A stretch of DNA of 64,000 nucleotides from Selaginella moellendorffii (GCF_000143415.4 NW_003314392.1:220390-284389); one strand, 5' to 3'; shown: positions 50,024 through 59,706, numbered from the stretch's first letter. The notes: generated from the sequence alone by a model not told the origin. A program made the numbers and translations.

Positions 50024-50798
50024 TGTAAGCAACCAAAGGGAACGATTCGAGAGACGATCCGTTGGGGTTCAAATATAGAGGGAAAGGGCCCATGAACAAG
50101 AGTGCACCCCCTTTTCCAATCGGTTAAGGGTCTTGGGATAGTTGGAGTTAAGCGTCCTTGGGTTTGAATAATACTGGGCTGGGTAACCTCCCGGGAAGTC
50201 CAAATTCAGGAGCTTACATTTGGTATCAGAGGAGTCTCAGGTCCAACTCTGTTGGTTGGCTAGGGGAATCACACCACATGTTGATTAACATCTGGCTGGT
50301 CCAGTTTGCTCCCACTGAGCTCGACCCGAGGGGTAGGGTGTCAAGAGAGCGGGGCTCTCGGGAGAGCTGCGGCTCTCAGCTTCCATTCACGAGGGCGTGA
50401 ACTTGCAGGGAAGCATGGTGGATTGTAAGCAACCAAAGGGAACGACTCAAGAGACGATCCGTTGGGGTTCAAATATAGAGGGAAAGGGCCTATGAACAAA
50501 AGTGCACCCCCTTTTCCAATCGGTTAAGGGAACGACTCAAGAGACGATCCGTTGGGGTTCAAATATAGAGGGAAAGGGCCTATGAACAAAAGTGCACCCC
50601 CTTTTCCAATCGGTTAAGGGAACGACTCGAGAGACGATCTGTTGGGGTTCAAATATAAAGGGAAAGGGCTTATGAACAAGAGTGCACCCCTTTTTCCAAT
50701 CAGTTAAGGGTCTTGGGATAGTTGGAGTTAAGCGTCTTTGGGTTTGAATAGTACTGGGTTGGGTGACCTCCTGGGAAGTCCAAATTCATAAGCTTACA
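50024..50798 (+). mobile_element. Cassandra-type TRIM with 5S-rRNA-derived segment in the LTRs
   Basis: LTRs 50024-50218 and 50424-50798; TSD GCTTG; PBS TGGTATCAGAGG at 50221; 5S A-box/C-box sequence AGTTAAGCG..GGGTGACCTCCTGGGAAGTCC; empty site at 44059-44063. Confidence 0.93.
50436..50705 (+). repeat. Three copies of a 90-bp tandem repeat in the Cassandra 3' LTR
   Basis: Unit starts at 50436, 50526 and 50616; single copy in the 5' LTR. Confidence 0.95.
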
Positions 50799-50829
50799 GC
50801 TTGCTATTGAAGATTTGGGTTGTAATGCT

Positions 50830-51040
50830 ATCCATTTGAGTTTGTGCCATTTAGTCTGATGGGGCCTTTTCCATGGTCAATAGCTAGCAATGAGTATGTC
50901 ATTATTACTTTTGACTACTTGACTCACTTGGTGAATGTTGATGCTCTTGTTAGTTGCAACTATTATTGGATATTTCCTCCTCAATTGAATAGTGTTCCAA
51001 CATTCCTGCCTAAAGCAGATTCTCTCAGATAATGGTCTTA
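50830..51040 (+). mobile_element. Degenerate integrase fragment of family X
   Basis: Aligns by eye to 63121-63335 (MGPFP.S..NEYVII..DYLT). Confidence 0.85.
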
Positions 51041-52468
51041 TTGACTGAAGTAAAAGTATACATTTATCTCATTAAAGTTTCTATAATTGGAATAGAAAGT
51101 TTGAAATTTTAAATTTAAAGAAAGGTTTTATTTGATATTTATAATATTCAAACATAATAAAAACCTTAACTAATTAAACACAAAGTTGATGCCTTTAGTT
51201 AAAGGAAAATGTTAAATGAACAATAGTTATTTAGTATTTTTTTATAACCAACTAAAGGTTAAAATTAAGAATGTGCACTATTATGATCAAATTATTTTAT
51301 AAATGTAAATAAATATATCAATCACCACATTTTTTAGAGTTTTAATAAGTAAGATAATTTTATGAGAAAGTAATTTTTAAAAATTATTTATTTCAAAAAT
51401 AAATATCTGATTTCTTTATTCTTGTTTTTTAATTTATGAACTATGATATATTTAATAAAAATTTCTATTCGATTTGTCTTAGAATCCCATGCTGATAATG
51501 GTGGATTACCATGCTTATATAAAACTAAGTTAAGATCATTTTCAAAAATCAATTAAGATAGTGATTGACAATGTTTACTTGAACAACCTATATGTAAATT
51601 TCAATTTTATTCATGTGAATGAATGAATATATATCCATTCATAACCAATGCAAGCTTGACAGAATACTTGTAAAAGGCCCTGCATGGTGGTAGATATCCT
51701 TGACTTCTTATGATTTGTTAATCCATATGGTCTGTGATGATAATCCCACATAGAAAACTGAACTCCTAAAATTAATCACACCAGAAAATTTCCTATATTA
51801 GCCCTTCCAAGGTGCTTGAAATTATATAATTTTAAATAAAAGGTAGATTGCCAAAAACCCAAAACTTGACTATGAAAGGACCACCATCATGAACCCATCT
51901 TGGTATGCATGAGGCATGAGATGAACCAATTTGAGTGCTTTCTAAAACTAGTAAGGGTCTTCTGATATACAAATATATCAGAAGTAGATAAACTAAATGC
52001 CTCTTTAAACATTAGCCTCAAAGTTAAATAGCAAAACAAATACAAGCCTCGTAGGATATAAGTGCATCTCCAAACTGAGGAGCCTCAAAGTAGCACCATG
52101 AGATAATATCTATCTAAGTCTCGTAGTGCCCGCCCATTGAGAAGCATGAGACATTATGAAATGCAGTTCAGTTTATTACTTTGTCAAATTCTCCACCTCC
52201 TCCTCACCTCTTCCTCCTGCTGCTCGCTCTATCTCCTCGGATTCTTTTGCAGTCTGGTGGTGTTTGTAGCCAAGTTGGCGCCCGAGAGTGTCCATCATGT
52301 GATCGATGTGCCTGCTCGTCAAACTACCCTGGCACCAAAAAAGTAGCCATTAATAATATATTTGGGACATGATTTTAGCACCTGAGATAAGCACAAAGTT
52401 TCACTTGTAAGAAAGAACAGGAGTGAATACTTATGTATCCAAGATAATTAATAATACATAAGTATAAG

Positions 52469-53923
52469 ATGCATTTTGATGGTTTCACATCCAACAGAAA
52501 GATGAGGTTTCCAGTAGCAGCCTATAATGGATCTCGTCCTAGCTTGGAGGTAGATCTCTTTGTTGCAAACAAGCTCATTGACATGTATGGAAGGTGTGGA
52601 AGCATAGGGGATGCACTGTCGGTCTTTCAAAGCCTCAAAGAACGGGACTTCTTCTCCTGGCACTTTCTGCTCTACGGGTATATCCACAACGGGTATATAG
52701 AGGAGGCTAAACTCCTTTTTACTCGAATGCCATACAGGGACATTGTCTCCTGGACTGCTATGTTAGCTGCGTATGCCAAGAGCAACCGTTTGGAGGAAGC
52801 CAAGGAGGTCTTTGACATGATGCCCCTGAGAAATCTCTTCTCTTGGACGTCGATGCTGGTTGCGTATGCCCGGAATGGGCATTTGCTTGACGCAAAACTT
52901 ATGTTTCTCGAGTCCCCTGAGACCGACATGGTATCTTGGACAGCGTTGCTCACGGCGTACGCGCAAAATGGCTCTGTTAAGAGCGCCATAAAAGTTTTTG
53001 AAGAGATGCCCGAACACGACATTGTTGCTTGGAACGCTATCCTAGCTGCCTGTGCCCAAAACGGGCATATAGAACTGGCTCTAGCAACTTTCTCCAGAAT
53101 GCCTGAGAGGAGTTTGACCTCGTGGAACACAATGCTGGCAGAAGGACCACAGCTGCATTCGTCTGACCAAGTATCTCAACTCTTCAAGGAAATGCCAGAG
53201 ACTAACCTTGTCTCCTGGACTTCTTTGCTAGCAGCTCACGCTCGGGACGGGCATCTGGAGTTATCAAAGTGTACCTTTGACTCCATGCCTGAGTGGAGCA
53301 CTGTGACCTGGAACGCACTTCTTTCGGTTTACAGCCGTGGAGATTCGACAGAGCAGACCGACAGCTTGTTTCGCAGAATACCAGAACCGGATCTCGTCTC
53401 TTGGAACGCACTCTTGGCATCATACGCTCGAAACAGCCACGTTTCTAATGTGATCGTCGTCTTCCACCAAATGCCGGCTCGAAACATTATCTCATGGACT
53501 ACGGCTTTGGGTGCCTTGATCCAAGACGGGAACCTGGAACTTGCTTCGAGGATGCTAGACCAAATGCCCGAGACCGATCTCATCTCAGTCAGCCAGCTTC
53601 TCTCTGCTTATGCTGTAAACGGACATATGCTTGAGGCATTTCAGATGTTCTTCGCAGCAAACCTCGTCTATGCTATCGACCAAGCTTGCTTTGTTTCGTT
53701 CCTGATCGCGTGCAGCCACGTTGGTTCGCTGGATCTCGCAAGGTCCTACTTTCTGTCGATGGCGGGCGACTTTGGGATCCAATCCACGAGGCAGCACTAT
53801 TGCTGTCTAGTCGATCTTCTAGCCAGGTCGGGCTACTTGGACGATGCCAGAGAGCTCATCCACACAATGCCATTTTTTCCCGGAACTTTGGAGTGGACGT
53901 GCTTGCACTCCGTCCGTGCGTGA
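52469..53923 (+). CDS. SS/PLS-type PPR protein with truncated E domain
   Basis: 484-aa ORF with repeats of MP..D.VSWT.LL.AYA.NG; HYCCLVDLLARSG; ends MPFFPGTLEWTCL. Confidence 0.85.
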   Translation: MHFDGFTSNRKMRFPVAAYNGSRPSLEVDLFVANKLIDMYGRCGSIGDALSVFQSLKERDFFSWHFLLYGYIHNGYIEEAKLLFTRMPYRDIVSWTAMLAAYAKSNRLEEAKEVFDMMPLRNLFSWTSMLVAYARNGHLLDAKLMFLESPETDMVSWTALLTAYAQNGSVKSAIKVFEEMPEHDIVAWNAILAACAQNGHIELALATFSRMPERSLTSWNTMLAEGPQLHSSDQVSQLFKEMPETNLVSWTSLLAAHARDGHLELSKCTFDSMPEWSTVTWNALLSVYSRGDSTEQTDSLFRRIPEPDLVSWNALLASYARNSHVSNVIVVFHQMPARNIISWTTALGALIQDGNLELASRMLDQMPETDLISVSQLLSAYAVNGHMLEAFQMFFAANLVYAIDQACFVSFLIACSHVGSLDLARSYFLSMAGDFGIQSTRQHYCCLVDLLARSGYLDDARELIHTMPFFPGTLEWTCLHSVRA

Positions 53924-55548
53924 TCAATCTTATTGCTAGTTTGCGAGAGAATTTTCCATGTTATATTATCAGCTTCGACAGGCATCTCTTCCATCATGAT
54001 CATGGCCTCGTCAAGCTCATCCGCCCTGGCAAGAAGATCAATGACACAATGGTAATGAGCCGTGCTTGGCCGGACTTCATACCAGGAAGACATGAGCTGC
54101 AACCAAAGCTTCCCCTCCTTGACGAGGCCGCAGTGGTTGCACACAGCGAGAATGGACAAGAAGGTTGCACTGTCTGGCTTCAATCCTGCATCTATCAGTT
54201 GATAAAACTCTTCAAACACGAGTGTGGAGTCTCCCTTTTGACTATAACCTTCCAGTAGCGCATTCCAGCTTACCAAGTTCCTCTTCAAGGACGTGGAGTC
54301 GAAAACATGCTGAGCGGCAGCCATGTTGCCACATTTGCCGTAGAGATCGAGCAAACAAGTGAGCAGGACACTGTCAGGCTCAAATCCACGCCTGTGAATC
54401 TCGCGGTGGATCGTTTTTCCAAGTTGCAATGAAGGAAGGATCGCACAGGCCTTGAGTGCACAGGAGCACGTCCAAAGATCTGGCCTGCATTGCAGATCAC
54501 CAGACACCATCTCCTGGTATAACTCTAGAGCCAAGTGGGCTTCACCACTTTCAACATACCCGAGAAGCATAGTGTTCCATGAAACACAGTCCCGGAGACG
54601 CTCTTGAATGTTGTCGAAGGCAGTGCGTGCGTCCACCAAGCTACCACACTTGGAATACATGTCAACCACACAATTGGCGACATAAACATCTGACACAAAC
54701 CTCCTCCTTGCAGCCTCTGAGTGCAGTGCCATGCCTTTCTCGAGACTTTTCACCTTGACAAGTTCTCCATCGCCGAGCTCACATCCATCTTCCTTTCTCG
54801 CAAGGTTTGAGCAAGCTTTCAGCGCTACAACGAAAGTCCGAGAGTTTGATGCTGCACACGAGGAAACGTGAGAGCTGGACTCGAGGGACTCAAACAGCTC
54901 CAGAGCAATCTCACCTTGATCGTTGTCAACATATCCCAGCATCAGTGTGTTCCATGAAACCACGTCGAGTGTTTCCATCTCTTCGAAGGCTCGCCTCGCA
55001 TCTTGCATGCTCCCACACTTGGAGTACATGTCGATGAGGCTGCTTCCAACGTAAAAATCCCTCAAGACGAGGTTTTGCATTCGAGATCGAGCGTGAATCG
55101 CCATTCCCCTCTCCAAGCTTGTCATCTTCCAGGGATTTGCTCCTTCTTCCTCAGCAAGGCTCGTGACGGCCTTAAGAACCGCGACGAAAGTGCGACCATT
55201 CGCCACGCATTCTGCTTCCATGGCAAGGAAAAGCTCCAGAGCTCTTTCGGAAAAATGCCCGCTCACAGCATATGCTCGAATGAGCGCATTCCATGCAATG
55301 GCGTCGCGGTGCTTCATCTTGTGGAACACTTTGCTGGCGTCCACGAGACTGCCACACCTGGAGTAGACGGTGACAAGGCTGCTAGCAACGTAGAGATCGT
55401 CTTCCAAACCATTGTCAATAACACTAGCATGGATTTTCCTTGCCTCGCCTATATCTCTACAGGACTTGAGCTGCGACAGCACGAGCGCGACACCTCTCAC
55501 ACTTGCATTGCTCGAGTGCTGGAATGAAGCCACCGGCCATGGCTGCAT
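53833..55548 (-). CDS. PLS-class PPR protein with truncated E domain
   Basis: 571-aa ORF; MYSKCGS..AR..F, VSWNTLMLGYV, HYHCVIDLLARA, MPVEADNITW. Confidence 0.85.
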   Translation of the reverse strand: MQPWPVASFQHSSNASVRGVALVLSQLKSCRDIGEARKIHASVIDNGLEDDLYVASSLVTVYSRCGSLVDASKVFHKMKHRDAIAWNALIRAYAVSGHFSERALELFLAMEAECVANGRTFVAVLKAVTSLAEEEGANPWKMTSLERGMAIHARSRMQNLVLRDFYVGSSLIDMYSKCGSMQDARRAFEEMETLDVVSWNTLMLGYVDNDQGEIALELFESLESSSHVSSCAASNSRTFVVALKACSNLARKEDGCELGDGELVKVKSLEKGMALHSEAARRRFVSDVYVANCVVDMYSKCGSLVDARTAFDNIQERLRDCVSWNTMLLGYVESGEAHLALELYQEMVSGDLQCRPDLWTCSCALKACAILPSLQLGKTIHREIHRRGFEPDSVLLTCLLDLYGKCGNMAAAQHVFDSTSLKRNLVSWNALLEGYSQKGDSTLVFEEFYQLIDAGLKPDSATFLSILAVCNHCGLVKEGKLWLQLMSSWYEVRPSTAHYHCVIDLLARADELDEAMIMMEEMPVEADNITWKILSQTSNKIDHARTECKHVHSKVPGKNGIVWMSSLASSK

Positions 55549-55639
55549 TGCCCAGCTGGAGATGTCAAGGACAGTTTTGCTATGGTGAAACAGGAGGTCA
55601 TTGTTCGTAACCTCTTAAGGATATTTTCTTTATGTTTCC

Positions 55640-55965
55640 CAAGGGGTACTTCGTTCGCAGATTGTTTCCTCTGCAAGAAAGGTCAGAATTGTCCAAGAAA
55701 CACTTGTGGAATCTATCCAAAGGTATGTGAATGCTGCTTGACTTCACTGGGACTGTTTCAGGGTGGATGCTGCAAGTTATGCGGCGAGGTCACTCATCTA
55801 GGCAGGGATTGCCCGACGAAAACCAAAGACACAAAAATAAGTGAGTACTGAGTGCGGTTTAGATCCAATCCAAACTCACCTTTTACGACTTTGCAGGCAA
55901 GGATGTGGCCCAAAGCGGCGAGAAGCGTATTGTTTATAAAAGCGGTGATGATCTAGAGGACGAGT
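55640..55965 (+). pseudogene. 3' fragment of a CCHC zinc-knuckle gene (ZCCHC9-like)
   Basis: FADCFLCKK[deletion]NCPRN..GIYPK|GGCCKLCGEVTHLGRDCP, SGDDLEDE; introns retained, 5' part absent. Confidence 0.7.
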
Positions 55966-56019
55966 GTAAGCATTCGTTCTTAAATATGTAGCAAGCTCCC
56001 AGATAACTAACTGGGAATT

Positions 56020-56461
56020 TCACGGATTGCATAAACATGTGAAATTGAAAAGGTAACACCCTCCAGCAGTGAATTTCGGATCACCCAAAGGGCTCTCCTG
56101 TTCCATGAAGCGAGAAGCGTGTCCCTTCTTCATGCCATAACGGGTGCTCAAGACGGACGAGCTGCCCCTGCGGAGCTCGGCCAAAGTCTTTCTAGTTGCC
56201 TCTAAGGCGTCTGCGTACTCAAAAAGCCCGTGACCATCTAAGAAAGCTCTTAGCTCCAAGGCATTCTGCAACGACATCTAGGCCAAGTAAAGTTTTGTTG
56301 ATGCGTGTACTTACCTGCTGCTGTTTAGTGAGCCCCAGAGATTTCATATCGTTCTTGGTCATGGACTTGAGTGAGTGGACGTCGTCGTAGCCATTTGTGG
56401 TGAAGATCTTACTGCTTCCCGCGAGAACACCGTTGCCAAGGTACTCCTCGAGAGTCTGCAT
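56020..56461 (-). pseudogene. Fragment of a conserved plant SAM-like-domain protein
   Basis: LEEYLGNGVL..GYDDVHSLK.M...QQQ|NALELRAFL..YADALE..YGMKKGHASRF; truncated. Confidence 0.6.
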
Positions 56462-56858
56462 TTTGTGCTTTTCCTAGGTAGGATCTGTGAACCTCCTGAC
56501 TCGTTTTTAAACTCAAATCTGACGCCTTGCAACAGTGTTTCATACTCTTCAAAGTCGCCATTTTTACTTGTTCCTTCACCTCTATCCTGATGAATTGTCC
56601 GCTCTTGTGGAGCCCCAAAATTGTCCAGACTCGAAAAATTTGAGAGTGACTGCTTAGCCGACCTTGAGATTTCTTAAGGTATTTGCGAGAACGATTCTAA
56701 GCACCTGTATCGGGATGATATCAGCTGCAAACAGGTAACGTTAATATTTTTATCAACCTTGGACTTACTTGCTCGTATCCCTCTCGATCCTTTGTAGCCT
56801 TCTAAAAAACTTTCACATTTTTTCGTTCCTTTTTAATTTTGAACAGGCCAAGTGAAAG

Positions 56859-57177
56859 CTAGTGACAGGATTTCCACAGTGGCACGAACTTAGTTACATT
56901 GACGCAGCCCTCCTGGAGCTCTTGGCTGCACAGACATGGCAGAGGAAATCGCAAGAGGCTCGAGCAGCACTCGTTCAACACGCCGCTTCTCAAGCTCCCG
57001 AAAACCTCTCGCTGGTTTTGGGACGAAAGCGAGCGCAATGTCTTGACAATCCTCTTGGAGCATCCAGAAGCCGTGGCTAAGACACTCTTACCATGAGCGA
57101 TCGTCACGGGCATACCCATAGCTTAGCAGTGCCGCAGCCACCACGAGAACTATCACCATCGTCCTCAACTTCATCAT
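56859..57177 (-). pseudogene. Secreted cysteine-rich prolamin/nsLTP-like gene with a frameshift near 57095
   Basis: Signal peptide MMKLRTMVIVLVVAAALLSYGYA in one frame; C..CC..CLC..C..C body in another. Confidence 0.6.
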
Positions 57178-57328
57178 CACTCTCTCTCTCTCTCTCTGTT
57201 TTGAACACTCACATTGTTTGTTCCTTTTCTATGGTGCTCAGTGTGACACATGTCTGAGAAAAACCATTACTTCATTTCACATTTTCTCTCACCTGTTGGC
57301 ATTGCATTGCAGTACCTAGAGTTTGGAG

Positions 57329-57661
57329 ATGAAGAGTGTGTTCTCCCTTCTTTTTGTCACAAGCTTGGCTGTTCTCCTCACGGATGCGCAAGGGAGGGAC
57401 TGCAACAAGGCGGAGATCGTCGACCTGGCAACACGGTGCTCCAATGGCTTACTTGGTGCGCTCGAGCCACTACCACGCATGATTGGTCCGACCACTGATC
57501 TGTGGCCCGCATTCCAGTTGGTTGGCCACCTTCTCCAGAGCTGCTGTGGCACTTTAGTGGTGAGTTACAACACGAGCTGCTTGTATTCTCCTAGTGTCTC
57601 TTCTGGCAATCACTGCATGGATGTGAAGAGCTTGGTAAATCTATGTGGGAGAGAATGTTAG
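57329..57661 (+). CDS. Secreted cysteine-rich prolamin/nsLTP-like protein
   Basis: Signal peptide MKSVFSLLFVTSLAVLLTDAQG; 8 Cys including a CC pair; intronless. Confidence 0.75.
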   Translation: MKSVFSLLFVTSLAVLLTDAQGRDCNKAEIVDLATRCSNGLLGALEPLPRMIGPTTDLWPAFQLVGHLLQSCCGTLVVSYNTSCLYSPSVSSGNHCMDVKSLVNLCGREC

Positions 57662-57971
57662 TTAGCTTGGAGCTATGGTGTGGCTCCATTTCAAGAAAGA
57701 TATATATATATAAAAAACACACACACACAAATTCACATGGAACAATGAGCTTGTAAACCAAACAAAGGTGATTGATTTGCTTGAGGTGATCTTTTACCAT
57801 AGTCTTGCTAGAAGAAAATTCCATTTGTAGGAGAATCAGTAACTCAAAGAATAATTAATAGAGCAAGTTTTTGTTTCTGTTATATTTTCATCTATGAGGG
57901 CCAAGTGTACAGCTACGATGCCGTATACTAATATTAGCGTAGTGGATTTTGGTAGCCGTCGGATTGGTTTC

Positions 57972-59075
57972 TGTAACACACGTGGTTTTGACCCTTTATC
58001 CTATGGTGATTTACCATAGGATAACACCACGAAGCGGAACCTAAACCCTCTTTGTGCCACGTGACAGATGCCACGTGTCCATGCCACGTGTNNNNNNNNN
58101 NNNNNNNNNNNNNNNNNNNNNNNNNNNNNNNNNNNNNNNNNNNNNNNNNNNNNNNNNNNNNNNNNNNNNNNNNNNNNNNNNNNNNNNNNNNNNNNNNNNN
58201 NNNNNNNNNNNNNNNNNNNNNNNNNNNNNNNNNNNNNNNNNNNNNNNNNNNNNNNNNNNNNNNNNNNNNNNNNNNNNNNNNNNNNNNNNNNNNNNNNNNN
58301 NNNNAATGGAGTCTGGCGCTATTTCGGCATACCGGTGGCCTAACGTGAGGATATGGGTACTCCACCAACTAGCATGGAATGGAACTTGGGCTTAGACCCA
58401 AGCCGGACGCAGAACAAGGACAGGCACGCAAGCGGGAGCTAAACTATGCCTCAGGTTGGTCGGCCATGCCCGACCTACCCACTATCCCTACTATACATTT
58501 GGAACCCCCCACAACCCCCCCCCCCCCCCCCGTAGAAAGTTAATAATTATGCAGTTGCGCTATCATGCCAAGTTGGAGACCGGATGAAAACCGTTGGGTG
58601 CAGGCCAACTCCTACATTCTGTAAATATGCCCAATGGGCCAATCTAGACACTTTTCCTAAAAAGCATTTGGGACTGAAATAGTCCTAACCCAAAGGGGCT
58701 GGTAGCAAGGGTGTTTAGCAAACACCGTAAGCTATCCTCTAGGGGTATTGAAGGGCCTAGCTTAATATTGGGGGGCTTCTGATATTAGCAAGTGCAAGCC
58801 CATGATTTAAGTNNNNNNNNNNNNNNNNNNNNNNNNNNNNNNNNNNNNNNNNNNNNNNNNNNNNNNNNNNNNNNNNNNNNNNNNNNNNNNNNNNNNNNNN
58901 NNNNNNNNNNNNCTTTGTTCAGTGGCCCAATGCCCTGAACCTCGGGTTCCTGTGGACACGTGGCATGGACACGTGGCATCTGTCACGTGGCACAAAGAGG
59001 GTTTAGGTTCCGCTTCGTGGTGTTATCCTATGGTAAATCACCATAGGATAAAGGGTCAAAACCACGTGCGCTATA
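57972..59075. mobile_element. Family Y insertion with inverted LTR ends: minus LTR 57972-58513 with PPT and 3' internal; plus LTR end 58913-59075; contains two assembly gaps
   Basis: 57972-58091 is the near-identical reverse complement of 58956-59075; GTTTC at both 57967-57971 and 59076-59080. Confidence 0.85.
58954..58991 (+). promoter_or_regulatory. Triple ABRE/G-box array in the Y LTR (mirrored at ~58056-58091)
   Basis: GGACACGTGGC x2 plus CACGTGGC. Confidence 0.6.
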
Positions 59076-59204
59076 GTTTCAATCCGGACCACTCGCTCCT
59101 GTATATAAGCTAGGGTTTTTGGGCTAATTGAGATGCACATTTCTGTATTCCCTTTTCATATTCCATGCACTCACATTGGTGGAGGTGAGGGGCACCTTTG
59201 ATTG

Positions 59205-59706
59205 TCCCTGGGGAGTGCTTGGATTTGGGATTTCGGTTTAGATCTAGCTTTTGCATTGTCTAGATCTAGCTTTTTCCATTTCCTTTCTTTTGTTCTTTCC
59301 TTTCAGGATTTTGGTTTAGATCTAGCTTTTTGCATTGTCTAGATCTACCATTTCTTTCCAGCTTTTTGTCATTTCTCTTCTTTTGCTCTTTCTTTTTCAT
59401 TCATTTTCATGGCCGATCCGCAATCTCCTCCTTTGACTCTAGAGCAGCAATTGGTTCCCTGGGGAGTGCTTGGATTTGGGATTTCGGTTTAGATCTAGCT
59501 TTTGCATTGTCTAGATCTAGCTTTTTCCATTTCCTTTCTTTTGTTCTTTCCTTTCAGGATTTTGGTTTAGATTTAGCTTTTTGCATTGTCTAGATCTACC
59601 ATTTCTTTCCAGCTTTTTGTCATTTCTCTTCTTTTGCTCTTTCTTTTTCATTCATTTTCATGGCCGATCCGCAATCTCCTCCTTTGACTCTAGAGCAGCA
59701 ATTGGT
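59205..59706 (+). repeat. 251-bp tandem duplication of the X leader and gag start
   Basis: ATGGCCGATCCGCAATC at 59409 and 59660. Confidence 0.95.

Larger units (their letters stand above)
42190..50828 (+). mobile_element. Tandem array of non-autonomous LTR family Y: 3' internal, LTR (42795-43297), ~5.5 kb internal, LTR (48779-49256), 5' internal
   Basis: Each LTR is preceded by a G-run PPT and followed by PBS TGGTATCA; 42190-44090 repeats at ~48190-50828 (period ~5.96 kb); no intact ORF. Confidence 0.88.

Noticed and set aside
50143-50201. 5S rRNA gene
   Set aside because: Only the internal promoter segment is present, embedded in both LTRs of a TSD-bounded Cassandra element.
50436-50705. 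CRISPR-like array
   Set aside because: Contiguous 90-bp units with no unique spacers, in a eukaryotic LTR.
51050-52100. Gene or element in the very AT-rich stretch
   Set aside because: No ORF, termini or repeats that I could support.
57934-58995. ORFs spanning N runs
   Set aside because: Assembly-gap artefacts.
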